DNA of 32,294 nucleotides from Candidatus Iainarchaeum sp. GTDB lineage: Archaea; Iainarchaeota; Iainarchaeia; Iainarchaeales; GCA-2688035. The stretch covers positions 1 to 32,294 of the forward strand of contig JAPLVT010000024.1 of the NCBI GenBank assembly GCA_026396975.1, in the 5' to 3' direction. The position numbers and the translations under genes are program-made. Below the pieces are notes generated by a model. That model saw only the letters and a list, made by a program, of their open reading frames with translations, did no database searches and was not told the DNA's origin. How positions within the stretch are numbered: the stretch's first letter is position 1; each line of letters starts with the position of its first letter. Positions 23,623 to 32,294 of the stretch are shown here, in pieces.

Positions 23623-24231
23623 ATGAACGCAACCGAAAGGAACGATTTGCTGCTTAGTTGGATAACGCTCAGCATAGCGTTCGCGCTAGTGATAAGCGAC
23701 AATTTTTTGAGCTTGATGAGCATTGCCGACGCGCTGCCCACAGCGCTGATTGCTGTTGGCACCGGCTTTGTTTTCCATGAGATGGCACATAGGAATGTCG
23801 CGAGAAAATTCGGCTTCCACGCGGAATTCCGGGCGTGGACCGGCGGGCTAATTTTCGCTGTCCTGATCGCAGTCATAAGCGGCGGCAGGTTCATTTTCGC
23901 AGCGCCGGGGGCAACCTATATTTTTGCCCAGAACATTTCAAGGGAAAAAAACGGGAAAATTAGCATCGCGGGGCCGATAACAAACCTTGTCATCGGATTT
24001 GTTTTGCTAATCGCAGCCGTTGCGTTGGGGGGATTTTTTTCAACTGTCCTTGGCAGCGCGGCATTGATTAACTTCTACTTCGCTTTCTTCAACCTGCTGC
24101 CATTCGGGCCGCTTGACGGCACAAAAGTAATGGCTTGGAACAGCGGCATCTGGGGCGCAACAATCGGAATAGCGGCAATAATGTCTTTCGCACCTGGAAT
24201 TTTCCTAGCCCTGATTGGGGCAACAGCTTAA
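23623..24231 (+). CDS. Site-2 protease-like M50 family membrane metalloprotease
   Basis: HExxH in a TM helix (GFVFHEMAHRNVARKFG) and the second signature FNLLPFGPLDG. Polytopic, 202 aa. Confidence 0.85.
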   Translation: MNATERNDLLLSWITLSIAFALVISDNFLSLMSIADALPTALIAVGTGFVFHEMAHRNVARKFGFHAEFRAWTGGLIFAVLIAVISGGRFIFAAPGATYIFAQNISREKNGKISIAGPITNLVIGFVLLIAAVALGGFFSTVLGSAALINFYFAFFNLLPFGPLDGTKVMAWNSGIWGATIGIAAIMSFAPGIFLALIGATA

Positions 24232-24238
24232 CTCATGT

Positions 24239-27200
24239 TCACCCGACGTAGCTCGGCCTGAACTCCGCGGGGTTTTCCTCGAATTTGTCGTAGACTTCCT
24301 CTACTTTTTCCGAAACGCTCGGCTTTGCCTTTGCGAGCGCGGCATCCAAGTGCGCTTTCTCAATGGGCTTTGGCTGCATCTTGTTTTCCTTCAGCGCAAT
24401 CAGCGCTGCTTCCCTTATCAGGCCCTCTATGTCCGCACCGCTGAAATCCTCGGTTTTTTTCGCGAGCTCTTCAAGCGAAATATCCTTGCCAAGCAGCACG
24501 TCCTTCGTGTGAACCTTTAAGATGGCGAGCCGGCCTTTCTCGTCGGGAGCGCCGATTTTCACAAGCTTGTCAATCCGCCCTGGCCTGAGCAATCCGGGGT
24601 CTATAAGGTCGACCCTGTTTGTTGCGGCAACAAAAATAACGTTCCTGTTCTGCTCGATGCCGTCAAGCTCTGTAAGCAGCTGGTTCACAACCCGCTCGGT
24701 AACATGTGAGTCAGCGCTGAGTCCGCGCCTAACGGCAATCGCATCAATCTCGTCAAAGAAAACAATGCAGGGAGCGACCTGCCGCGCCCTCCGGAAAATC
24801 TTGCGGATTCCCTTCTCGCTGTTGTGGGCGAAAATGCCGCCGAAGCCAGCAACAAAGTTCTGGCACGGTTCGACTGAAATATCGTACACTAAACCGTCGT
24901 ACGGCACTTCTTCCATCTTTTCAACAATATCCCAAAAGATATCCGCTTCGACCAATTTCCATAGTTCAGCGTATTTTTGCCTGCTGAGGTCGACAAGGCA
25001 GAGCGCCTGCATTATCTTGCTCTTGCCGATTGTTTTGTTTTTCGGGTATCTTACAAAAGCCTCGTTTAGCAGCGCTTCTATTTTATTGTCAATCGGGATG
25101 GTGTTGCTCCTTGTCCAAGCGACTTTGTTTATGTACTCTTGCACCATCGAGTTCCTGTGGGCGTCGATGAATCCAGCGGGAGCAAAGCGCTTGAAGTTGT
25201 CCGCGCCAAAAATTTGCACCCTGTGGCTTATTGAACCGGTCCATTCTTTTTTCTCCGCATGATTGGCGACTATTCCCAATTTCAGCAACAGGTACAGGAG
25301 GTCGTTCGCAAGCTGCTGGCTCACTGTTGTCGCCTCAACCATGCTGCTTCTCCCATTGCTTCTTATTGTACCGTCACCGCTAAAATAGCCCTTAAGGAAG
25401 GCATAGACTGCTGCGTTTGAAGAAGCAAGTAGGCAGCCTGGCGCTCTTTTGTTAAACGCCCCGCTTGAAAGCCCCAATTCCTTCAAAACGAGGGTAAGCG
25501 TTGTATTGTTGATAACGATTCCCCTCCCTTCGACGATGGAGTAATCAAGACCGAGGCGGTTAAGCAAATGCTGTGTTCTTTGCATTATCTCAGCATCAGC
25601 TATGGACAGGCGCGGGATGCCCGAGTTGAAATCACCCTCTGCAACCCACAAACCAACCAACTCGAAGAATTCCTCTGAAAGGTCGAAAAACGCGGGCAGG
25701 TTGTTTCTTGCGCCTTTCCTTGCAATCCTGGCCAAAGCCGGGTTTATTCCGATGCCTGACTTTTCGGAAAGCAGGATAAAATTTTTGAGGTCTACTGGCA
25801 GTTTCCCGCGAACGATTTCATAAAGATACTTGTGCTTTAGCCCTGTTAACTCGGAAGTTTTTTTGTAGCCAATCTTTTTGACCATCTCCCTGACCTGCGG
25901 TGATTCAACGAAAAAGCCGGCTCTGCCCCCGAATAGTTCAACGAGATTCAGGCGCTTCCCAGCAGAGGAAATGTTCGGAATCTTTGCTGGAACCGCCACT
26001 ACACTCTTGCCTGCCACCAACTGCGACGGCACTACAGGGGTTATCTCATTCTCAACAAGCGAGAACAGCGAGTGCTTGTCAGTAACCCTTATCCGCCGCC
26101 CGGTTTTTGTTGTTATCTGCAGCATTTTCCCATTAATTTTGTGCTTGATAAAACCGGCGATTTTCGAAAAGAAAACCCTGCCATCGTTATCGAACGTGAC
26201 CACTTGGGCATTTTTCCCCTCGTCAACGATTCGCCCGATTTTCTCCCTCAAAATATTTTTACCATCAAAAACAAGCAGTTCCTCGTCAAAAGGCAGGCTT
26301 TCACCAACCCACATGCTCAAAAGCTCCGGCCCTTTCACTGAAATGAAGTTTGCCTCGCTTTCTGTGGCAACGGCTTTCGCAAGCAAGGTTTTGCCGCAGC
26401 CCGGCGGCCCGAACAAAAGCACTCCAGTCTGCGGCTTGATGCCCATCTTCTTGAAGCTGTCCGCGTACTTGAGCGGCCATTCAACAACCTGGCGCAGCTC
26501 TTCCTTCGCATTCTCCAGGTCGCCGACATCGCTCCAGCGCACGTTAGGAATCTCAATGGCAACCTCCCTAAGCGCACTAGGCTGCACATCCTTAAGGCCG
26601 TTGTTGAAATCCTTTTTGGTAACCTCCAGTGCCTCAAGAATTTCCGGTGGAATTGTTTCCTCCTTCAAATCGATGTCCGGCAGATAGCGCCGCAGCGATT
26701 TCATTGCGGCTTCTTTCACCAGTGCAGTAAGGTCGGCGCCGACGAAGCCGTGGGTTATGCCTGCAAAGTACTCCAGGTCAACGTCTTTTGCAAGAGGCAT
26801 TCCCCTCGTATGAATCATAAGGATTTCGTGCCTCGCCTTCCTGTCGGGCACAGGGAACTCTATCTCCCTGTCAAACCTGCCGGGGCGCCTCAATGCCTCG
26901 TCGATGCTGTTGACCCGGTTAGTCGCTGCAATGACAATCACGTTGCCGCGCGCCTCTAGGCCGTCCATCAGCGCAAGAATCTGCGCGACCACGCGCCTCT
27001 CGACCTCTCCGATAACCTCTTCCCGCTTTGGGGCAATCGCGTCAATCTCGTCGATGAAAATAATGCTCGGAGCGCTTTCCTCGGCTTCCTTGAAAATCTG
27101 CCGAATGCGCTCCTCGGCTTCTCCCACGAATTTGCTCATTATTTCCGGGCCGTTCACTGAGATGAAGTGAGCCTGGGTTTCGTTAGCAACGGCTTTCGCG

Positions 27201-27895
27201 AGCAGTGTTTTTCCGCAGCCAGGAGGACCGTGCAGCAGCACTCCCTTTGGGGGCACAATGCCAAGTTTCATGAACAGTTCAGGGTGCTTCAAGGGCAGCT
27301 CTATCATTTCCCTCACCTTTTGGATCTGCTCGTCAACGCCGCCTATGTCCTCGTAAGTAACTTTTGGGATAAGCTCTATCTCGCTTTTAACGGGCTTTTC
27401 CTTCATCACGAACTGCGTAAGCCCAGTTATTTTCACTATACCGCGGGGCGTGGCATCAACAACCTTGTATACTACTCCTCCGCCGCCGAAAACACTGATC
27501 CAAACATGGTCTCCGATCGCCATCGGCCTGCCCAGAAAGCTCTTTTTCAGAATCTGCTCGTAGCCGATGATATTGATGCGGATTTCCTGCGTCGGCGCGA
27601 GAACGATTTTTTTTGCTTCCTTTGGCTCGGCTTTCCTGACAAATACTTTTTCCTCGAGGCCGACGCCTGCGTTGCGCCTCACAAAGCTGTCCATCCGGAT
27701 GATTTTTTTGCTCTCGTCCTCTGTCCGCGCGGGCCACACGATTGCGGCTGTCTTGCGCACGCCTTCTATCTCGACGATATCCCCGCTGGTGATGCCGAGC
27801 GCCTGCTTGGTTTCCCTGTCAAGCGTAACGATGTTCCTGCCGACGTGCGCAGGGTCAGGCTCTGAGACCTTCAATTCAATTCCTTTTTCAGCCAT
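24239..27895 (-). CDS. cdc48: Cdc48/VAT (p97-type) double AAA+ ATPase precursor, interrupted by an intein in D2
   Basis: N-domain ([27 protein letters not shown]). D1 has Walker A GPPGCGKT and Walker [12 protein letters not shown]2 Walker A GPPGCGKT is followed by WVGE | 493-aa insert | [28 protein letters not shown]. The extein total is 725 aa. Confidence 0.95.
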   Translation of the reverse strand: MAEKGIELKVSEPDPAHVGRNIVTLDRETKQALGITSGDIVEIEGVRKTAAIVWPARTEDESKKIIRMDSFVRRNAGVGLEEKVFVRKAEPKEAKKIVLAPTQEIRINIIGYEQILKKSFLGRPMAIGDHVWISVFGGGGVVYKVVDATPRGIVKITGLTQFVMKEKPVKSEIELIPKVTYEDIGGVDEQIQKVREMIELPLKHPELFMKLGIVPPKGVLLHGPPGCGKTLLAKAVANETQAHFISVNGPEIMSKFVGEAEERIRQIFKEAEESAPSIIFIDEIDAIAPKREEVIGEVERRVVAQILALMDGLEARGNVIVIAATNRVNSIDEALRRPGRFDREIEFPVPDRKARHEILMIHTRGMPLAKDVDLEYFAGITHGFVGADLTALVKEAAMKSLRRYLPDIDLKEETIPPEILEALEVTKKDFNNGLKDVQPSALREVAIEIPNVRWSDVGDLENAKEELRQVVEWPLKYADSFKKMGIKPQTGVLLFGPPGCGKTLLAKAVATESEANFISVKGPELLSMWVGESLPFDEELLVFDGKNILREKIGRIVDEGKNAQVVTFDNDGRVFFSKIAGFIKHKINGKMLQITTKTGRRIRVTDKHSLFSLVENEITPVVPSQLVAGKSVVAVPAKIPNISSAGKRLNLVELFGGRAGFFVESPQVREMVKKIGYKKTSELTGLKHKYLYEIVRGKLPVDLKNFILLSEKSGIGINPALARIARKGARNNLPAFFDLSEEFFELVGLWVAEGDFNSGIPRLSIADAEIMQRTQHLLNRLGLDYSIVEGRGIVINNTTLTLVLKELGLSSGAFNKRAPGCLLASSNAAVYAFLKGYFSGDGTIRSNGRSSMVEATTVSQQLANDLLYLLLKLGIVANHAEKKEWTGSISHRVQIFGADNFKRFAPAGFIDAHRNSMVQEYINKVAWTRSNTIPIDNKIEALLNEAFVRYPKNKTIGKSKIMQALCLVDLSRQKYAELWKLVEADIFWDIVEKMEEVPYDGLVYDISVEPCQNFVAGFGGIFAHNSEKGIRKIFRRARQVAPCIVFFDEIDAIAVRRGLSADSHVTERVVNQLLTELDGIEQNRNVIFVAATNRVDLIDPGLLRPGRIDKLVKIGAPDEKGRLAILKVHTKDVLLGKDISLEELAKKTEDFSGADIEGLIREAALIALKENKMQPKPIEKAHLDAALAKAKPSVSEKVEEVYDKFEENPAEFRPSYVG
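24821..26299 (-). mobile_element. Intein (493 aa) with a LAGLIDADG homing-endonuclease domain inside cdc48 D2
   Basis: Starts with Ser ([13 protein letters not shown], block A). Block B TxxH (VTDKH). LAGLIDADG motifs [11 protein letters not shown] and [12 protein letters not shown]. Blocks [24 protein letters not shown], followed by +1 Ser (SEKG). Boundaries were checked codon by codon. Confidence 0.9.
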
Positions 27896-27986
27896 TCAGA
27901 CCACGCAAAAAAAAGCCATGCCTTCTTTTCATTCAATATGGAAAAAAAAGGATTATAAAGCGTTGCACTTTTGAAGGCGAAATGCC

Positions 27987-28802
27987 TCAGCCGTCCGCAA
28001 CCGAGATTCCGCTGGCGGGAAGGGCGCCCTTTACGGTTTCCTGCGAAAGCCCTGCTTTTTGCCCGGCTTTTTTCTCAAGCACGCCGAGTATTTTTTTCGC
28101 GGCGCTGTCCTTGTCAAGCGCGCCCGGCTTCACAACAACGAACGCGGCAGCCTGCTTTTCAACAGCGCTTTTCGGGCCTGCGACAACAGAAAAGCCATCG
28201 CCTTCTTTTTGCAGGCCAACCGCGAACGCGAGCGGGGTTTTCCTGAACCACTGTCTCTTGCCATTAATCATGAAGCTTCCTGTCGCAAGGGAAGTGCCGC
28301 TCGGCGGAGTCTTGCTGACCTGCTCCGGGGCAACCGCATAAACATCCACGCCCGCGAATCCCTGCTGCCAGGCTTTGCTGTGCGCTGCAGCGAACTGCGC
28401 TGCCTCCCCGATTGTTGAAGCGGGGATCTGCAAGCCGTCGCTTTTTATAACGCATGCGGACGCGCCCTGAATGTCGGCGTGCAGGAACAGGTCGCCCTGC
28501 TGCAGGTGCTTTTTTACAAGCACCTCGTTGCTCTGCGCGCTCTTGCCTCCGACCACGAGCAGGCCGTCGCTGCTTTTGAACCAGTAGAACTGGTTGAACC
28601 ATTGCGGCTTTGCTTTTTTGGGGAGAGGCACGCACCCTGCTTTTTTCTCTTCGGCTTCCGCGCTTGCTTTAGCGATTTTTGCCTTTGTTTCCTCTATCGC
28701 CCGCAGCAGGCCCTGCAGCTTTTTCTTCGCTTTTTTGCTTTTCTCAAAGTAAGCCGAGGCGTTTTCCTCGACGCTTTTGTCCAGGTCTATTTCCAGGTCC
28801 AT
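27987..28802 (-). CDS. NFACT-R (DUF814) domain protein, equivalent to the C-terminal half of Rqc2/NEMF/FbpA-like proteins
   Basis: Coiled-coil N-terminus (ASAYFEKSKKAKKKLQGLLRAIEETKAKIAKA), then WFNQFYWFKSSDGLLVVGGKSAQSNEVLVKKHL..GDLFLHADIQGASACVIK, the NFACT-R signature. No NFACT-N domain. Confidence 0.75.
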   Translation of the reverse strand: MDLEIDLDKSVEENASAYFEKSKKAKKKLQGLLRAIEETKAKIAKASAEAEEKKAGCVPLPKKAKPQWFNQFYWFKSSDGLLVVGGKSAQSNEVLVKKHLQQGDLFLHADIQGASACVIKSDGLQIPASTIGEAAQFAAAHSKAWQQGFAGVDVYAVAPEQVSKTPPSGTSLATGSFMINGKRQWFRKTPLAFAVGLQKEGDGFSVVAGPKSAVEKQAAAFVVVKPGALDKDSAAKKILGVLEKKAGQKAGLSQETVKGALPASGISVADG

Positions 28803-28890
28803 TGCAAGCCAGCTCTTTTAAGATTTTAAAATTTTTTTTGATGATTCTAAGTTTTATTTTTTGGCGGATGCCATTCTTGCAAAAAATTTT

Positions 28891-29442
28891 TTATTTGCCT
28901 TTCTTCGCGGGCTTTCCGCTCTCCCTTTTTATGAGCTCTATTATGTTCTTTGTCCTGCCCGCGCTTTTGAAGACTGGTTCCACGCTGAAAAAGCTCTGGG
29001 TGTCCTTCATGAGATTGTAAAAGCCCGGGATGCTGCGGTAGCGCTTCTGCGATTCGTCGTGGTAGCTCTCAATGTCCTTGTACAGGTGCCTTGTGAGCAT
29101 GTTCCAGTTGCCGCTGCCCACAACGCTGCTCACCCAGTGGATGTGCGGGTCGCTGTTCGCTGCCTCCAAAAATTTTTCGAATACCTTCTGCTCGCTCATG
29201 TCGGCCTGCGAAAGGCTCAGCACCTCCAGCTTGTAGCCGAGCTTCCTGAAATCCACTTTTGGGCCGAATCCAGTGAGCACACCCTCTTTTTCAAGGAAAT
29301 CAAGGCTGCTTTTTATGGTTGCCTTGTGGAAGCCTGTGTGGCGCTTTATCTGCCGTATGTTGGGCTGAACGCACTTCGGGAGCAAAAGCGCCTCAAGTAT
29401 TGCAATCCTTATCTCGTCGTCAATGCGCATTTGGCTAGCCAT
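28891..29442 (-). CDS. Winged-helix plus Lrp/AsnC-like (RAM) domain regulator
   Basis: DDEIRIAILEALLLP..NIRQIKRHTGFHKATIKSSLDFLEKEGVL, followed by an alpha/beta domain (KLEVLSLSQ...). The start is ambiguous among GTG 29451, ATG 29442 and ATG 29430. Confidence 0.65.
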   Translation of the reverse strand: MASQMRIDDEIRIAILEALLLPKCVQPNIRQIKRHTGFHKATIKSSLDFLEKEGVLTGFGPKVDFRKLGYKLEVLSLSQADMSEQKVFEKFLEAANSDPHIHWVSSVVGSGNWNMLTRHLYKDIESYHDESQKRYRSIPGFYNLMKDTQSFFSVEPVFKSAGRTKNIIELIKRESGKPAKKGK

Positions 29443-29738
29443 CAAAAGCACTGATAGTATACTAAATGGGGCACCATTAAAAGATTAACTAATGCAAAAG
29501 TCACACTTATCCCCCGAGATTTGATATATACTTGTAAGGCGTATATTATTACAGTTGTGGGAGGGATTTACAAAAAACGAAAAGTAAGTTTAGATTAAAA
29601 GCCGCGAGGGGGGTAGGCTCACCAAGCAAAAAAAAATTGCGATTACTATTTCTGCTCCCTTCCGGCAAAAAAACAGGCTCTCATGAAACGTTTTTTCTGG
29701 GGCTTTTTTGCGAGCAAAAAAGGCTCTCAGTACTTTTT

Positions 29739-31985
29739 CTATTTCTTTTGTGCCGCACTTGAGCCGGGGGCAGCGCGCTTCCTGCCCTTCTTTGCAACAG
29801 CGCCGCCCGCAATTGGAGCGGGCCGCACAACGGCATCTGTGCCCTTGCCATCAACGGCTTTCGGCTCTGCGCCTGCCTTTGGTTCCGCGGCAGTTTTTGG
29901 CAATGCGCCTGCTTTTGGTTCTGCACCTGTTTTCGGCCCTGCACCAGCCGGCTGCGGCTTTTTCTTCCAATCGGCTTTGCTCGGGCAGCCGGGAAGAATG
30001 CACATCTTGTAAGAGTAGCGGAAGCTGCGCACTTGAATCATCGGGTGCCCGCATTGCTCGCAGCGCTTGTCAAGCATTGTAATGCTTCCCTTTTGCGGGA
30101 GGGGAAAGGAATTTGTGCAGGCAGGGTAAGCGGAACATGCGATGAAGCGCTTTCCAGTCCTGCCCTTCCTGACAATTAGCTCGCCCTTGCAGCCAGGTTT
30201 TGTGCACGGCCCGAACATTGCATCAGCCCTGACTGCGCCGCGCAGCATGCTGCCAATGTTGTTCTTGTTCTGCAGCAGCTGCTTCAATATGTCTGACAAA
30301 AATGCCCTGCTTTCAGAAACAACAACCAGCTTCTCCTTTTTTCCGCTTGCAACAAGATCCATTTCCTGCTCGAGGTTAGCTGTCATCTCAGGCTTAACCA
30401 CAAGCCCGTCGTATTTTTCAAGCGCATCTATAACCGCAAAAGCAATCTTGTTCGGCTCTATGGCCTTCTGGCCGCTGATGTACTTGCGCGCGTACAGTTT
30501 CTGTATTATTTCCGCGCGCGTGCTTTTCGTGCCGAGGTTAAGGTCAGACATCGCCTTTATCAGGGCGCCCTGGCTGTAGCGGGGAGGCGGCTGTGTCTCT
30601 TTCTCAAGCAGGTCAAGTTTTAGCAGTAGCACCAAATCGCCTTTTTCCAGGCGCGGCAGCGTTACCTCTGTTGCCTTGCTGTAAGGGTAATAAAATTTCC
30701 AGCCCAGTTTGAGGTAAATCTGCCCTGTTGCGACGAAAGGCTGCTTGTTCAAATCAATCAGTACGCTGAGGTTTTCTGTCACAGCATCTTCTGCGAGAGT
30801 CGCCATGAAGCGCCTGCATACAAGCCCGTAGACCTTCCATTCTGTCGCGTCCAACTGCCCCTTGTGCGCGGCAGTAACCGGGTGGATTGGCGGGTGGTCT
30901 TTCGCGAATTTTCCCGCGCTTGGCACGAGTTTTTTCTGCTGCAAAAGCTTTTCAACCAGCGGCGCGAACTCTTTTACTTTTTTCAGTTCGGCAAGTACCT
31001 CCGGAATGATTAGCGTCGGCGGATAAACGCTGTTGTCAGTGCGCGGATAGGAAATAATCCCCCGCTGGTAAAGGCTTTCCGCAACCTGCATCGCCCTGCT
31101 TGCGGTCAGGCCTATTGCAGTCGCGCTCCTGAGGAAAAGCGTTGTGTTGAACGGCACTGGCCGCGCGAGAACCTTCTCGCTCTTCCTGACTTCCTCCACT
31201 TTTCCGAGCGGCGGCTCTTTGCAGCGCGCAGCCTGTTCGGCTTTTTCCTTTTCCGTGAAGCGCCCTTCCTTGTGCAGCGCTACGAACTGCTGCTTGTCCT
31301 TTTCGAAAAGAGCCTCAATAACCCAGTATTTCTCGGCCTTGAAAGCCAGGCGCTCTTTCTCCCTGTCGACAATAAGCGCGAGAGTCGGCCCCTGCACCCG
31401 GCCCATGCTCAAAAACTCCCTGCCAAGCTGCCCGCTCACAAGCGAAAGGAAGCGCGTGAGCACAGCGCCCCAGATCAGGTCAATCTCCCTGCGCGAGTTC
31501 GCGCTCTCCGCGAGATTGTAGTCGACCTGCTCGAGCTTTGAAAAAGCAGTGCTGATGTCCTTTTCCGTTATCGCGCTGAAAAGCGCCCTCTGCGCCTTCA
31601 CTTTCGGGTTCGACTCTTTTACCAGGTTCAGCGCTTCAAGGCCGATTGCCTCGCCCTCCCTGTCGGCGTCAGTGGCTACAATTACCACTTCAACCTCCGG
31701 CCCGAGCTTTTTCAAAAAATCGCAGATCACTTTCTCCGTCGCCTTGTACTCGACAGGGCTGTTCACAAGCGCGTTCAGGTCTGTGCCAAGCCAGTGGCTG
31801 TACTGCAGCGGAAAATCAACGTCAACAACATGCCCGCGCAGGGGAACAACGCTGCACGGCTTTCCCTGCATCTCAAAATCAAAGTGCGCTGCCTTGTCTG
31901 TCGTGTGCTGCGGCAGCTGCTTTCCAGCAAGAATGCTCGCAATCCTCGCGCCAGCAATGGCTTTTTCGGCGATGATTACTATCAT
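29739..31985 (-). CDS. topA: DNA topoisomerase, type IA (archaeal TopA/Topo III-like)
   Basis: Toprim (MIVIIAEKAIAG, VATDADREGEAIG). Active-site Tyr context GIISYPRTDN. C-terminal Cys4 zinc ribbons (CTKPGCKG..CSAYPAC; CEQCGH..CILPGC). Basic repetitive tail (AEPKAG repeats). Confidence 0.95.
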   Translation of the reverse strand: MIVIIAEKAIAGARIASILAGKQLPQHTTDKAAHFDFEMQGKPCSVVPLRGHVVDVDFPLQYSHWLGTDLNALVNSPVEYKATEKVICDFLKKLGPEVEVVIVATDADREGEAIGLEALNLVKESNPKVKAQRALFSAITEKDISTAFSKLEQVDYNLAESANSRREIDLIWGAVLTRFLSLVSGQLGREFLSMGRVQGPTLALIVDREKERLAFKAEKYWVIEALFEKDKQQFVALHKEGRFTEKEKAEQAARCKEPPLGKVEEVRKSEKVLARPVPFNTTLFLRSATAIGLTASRAMQVAESLYQRGIISYPRTDNSVYPPTLIIPEVLAELKKVKEFAPLVEKLLQQKKLVPSAGKFAKDHPPIHPVTAAHKGQLDATEWKVYGLVCRRFMATLAEDAVTENLSVLIDLNKQPFVATGQIYLKLGWKFYYPYSKATEVTLPRLEKGDLVLLLKLDLLEKETQPPPRYSQGALIKAMSDLNLGTKSTRAEIIQKLYARKYISGQKAIEPNKIAFAVIDALEKYDGLVVKPEMTANLEQEMDLVASGKKEKLVVVSESRAFLSDILKQLLQNKNNIGSMLRGAVRADAMFGPCTKPGCKGELIVRKGRTGKRFIACSAYPACTNSFPLPQKGSITMLDKRCEQCGHPMIQVRSFRYSYKMCILPGCPSKADWKKKPQPAGAGPKTGAEPKAGALPKTAAEPKAGAEPKAVDGKGTDAVVRPAPIAGGAVAKKGRKRAAPGSSAAQKK

Positions 31986-32023
31986 GCAAGTTCAGCCCAA
32001 GCAATTAGTAAAGGAAAGGGATT

Positions 32024-32118
32024 AAAAAAACACGCTCAAGAGAGATTGAAATTACGCCGGCGCTACCGAAAAAGAAAGCGTTCGGGAAGAAGAAAACGCC
32101 AAAGCCTGCGCCGGCGTT
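32024..32118. ncRNA. Copy 3 of the structured intergenic element
   Basis: AAAAAAACACGCTCAAGAGAGATTGAAATT. 10-bp stem ACGCCGGCGC (32054-32063) pairs with GCGCCGGCGT (32108-32117). The internal GTTCGGGAAGAAG block is shared with copy 1. The minus-strand reading ends in GAGCGTGTTTTTTT. Confidence 0.45.
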
Positions 32119-32152
32119 AAAAAACACGGCCAAATAAAAGGGAAAAAGAGCA

Positions 32153-32293
32153 TCACAATTTTTTTTGCAGCGCGCCCGCGGGCAGAACGTTGCTCTGCTT
32201 CACCTCGCTCAGCACGACAAGCGTTTTGATGTCAATGACCCCATCGAACATTCCGATGCTGTTGATTGCCTTTTCCGCGTTCTCCAGGTCCTT
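32153..32293 (-). CDS. 3' end of an unidentified CDS entering from the right edge (...KDLENAEKAINSIGMFDGVIDIKTLVVLSEVKQSNVLPAGALQKKL*)
   Basis: The minus-strand frame is open from the window edge to TGA (32153-32155). No secure domain call. Confidence 0.35.
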   Translation of the reverse strand, partial: KDLENAEKAINSIGMFDGVIDIKTLVVLSEVKQSNVLPAGALQKKL

Positions 32294-32294
32294 G

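Noticed and set aside
23496-23894. N-terminal extension of the small pilin ORF (the track ORF 23316..23894 gives 192 aa)
   Set aside because: The extension has no signal or domain features and overlaps the divergent M50 protease gene start. A GGAGGT RBS and a canonical class III signal peptide begin at ATG 23495.
24522-27865. Several 230-270-aa plus-strand ORFs (24522..25262, 25878..26687, 27167..27865) opposite cdc48
   Set aside because: They are shadow ORFs of the 1218-aa Cdc48 precursor: Ser/Leu/Phe-rich, with no domains.

Overview
The window reads as an archaeal chromosomal segment. Supporting calls are archaeal/eukaryotic-type PheRS alpha and beta, RFC large subunit, Orc1/Cdc6, Cdc48/VAT, Nob1, a type IA topoisomerase and class III signal peptide pilins. 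AT-rich TATA-like boxes sit about 25-30 nt upstream of many start codons, which suggests leaderless mRNAs, and oligo-T tracts follow many stops. The mix of compact housekeeping genes with many small membrane and pilin-like proteins would fit a small-genome (DPANN-like) archaeon, but that is inference only.

Gene order, left to right:
- RNase Z, an MFS transporter, a sugar nucleotidyltransferase and an MBL-fold hydrolase.
- A secreted protein and a tandemly duplicated cassette of small membrane proteins.
- Nob1, pheS and pheT, RFC large subunit and a Ygr210/YchF-type GTPase.
- A pair of unusual basic proteins, then orc1/cdc6 divergent from endonuclease IV.
- Several membrane and basic proteins, a membrane-anchored ArsR regulator and a duplicated Lrp/AsnC regulator.
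- Two convergent operons encoding six type IV pilin-like proteins, followed by an M50 protease.
- An intein-containing cdc48, a truncated NFACT-R protein, an Lrp-like regulator and topA.

No rRNA, tRNA or CRISPR array was found by eye.

Most interesting observations:
1. A three-copy intergenic element has a stem that shows compensatory base changes between copies. It is a candidate novel structured sRNA or a hairpin-ended mobile element.
2. An overlapping, likely translationally coupled, paralogous pair of basic proteins. One has an extreme Arg/Lys tract and two HMG/YABBY-like repeats, making it a candidate chromatin protein.
3. A LAGLIDADG intein sits in the D2 AAA+ domain of Cdc48.
4. The pilin cluster has no assembly ATPase or prepilin peptidase in the window.
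5. A 69-bp-period duplication lies next to orc1/cdc6.

All functional calls come from motif recognition by eye. No database search was run.
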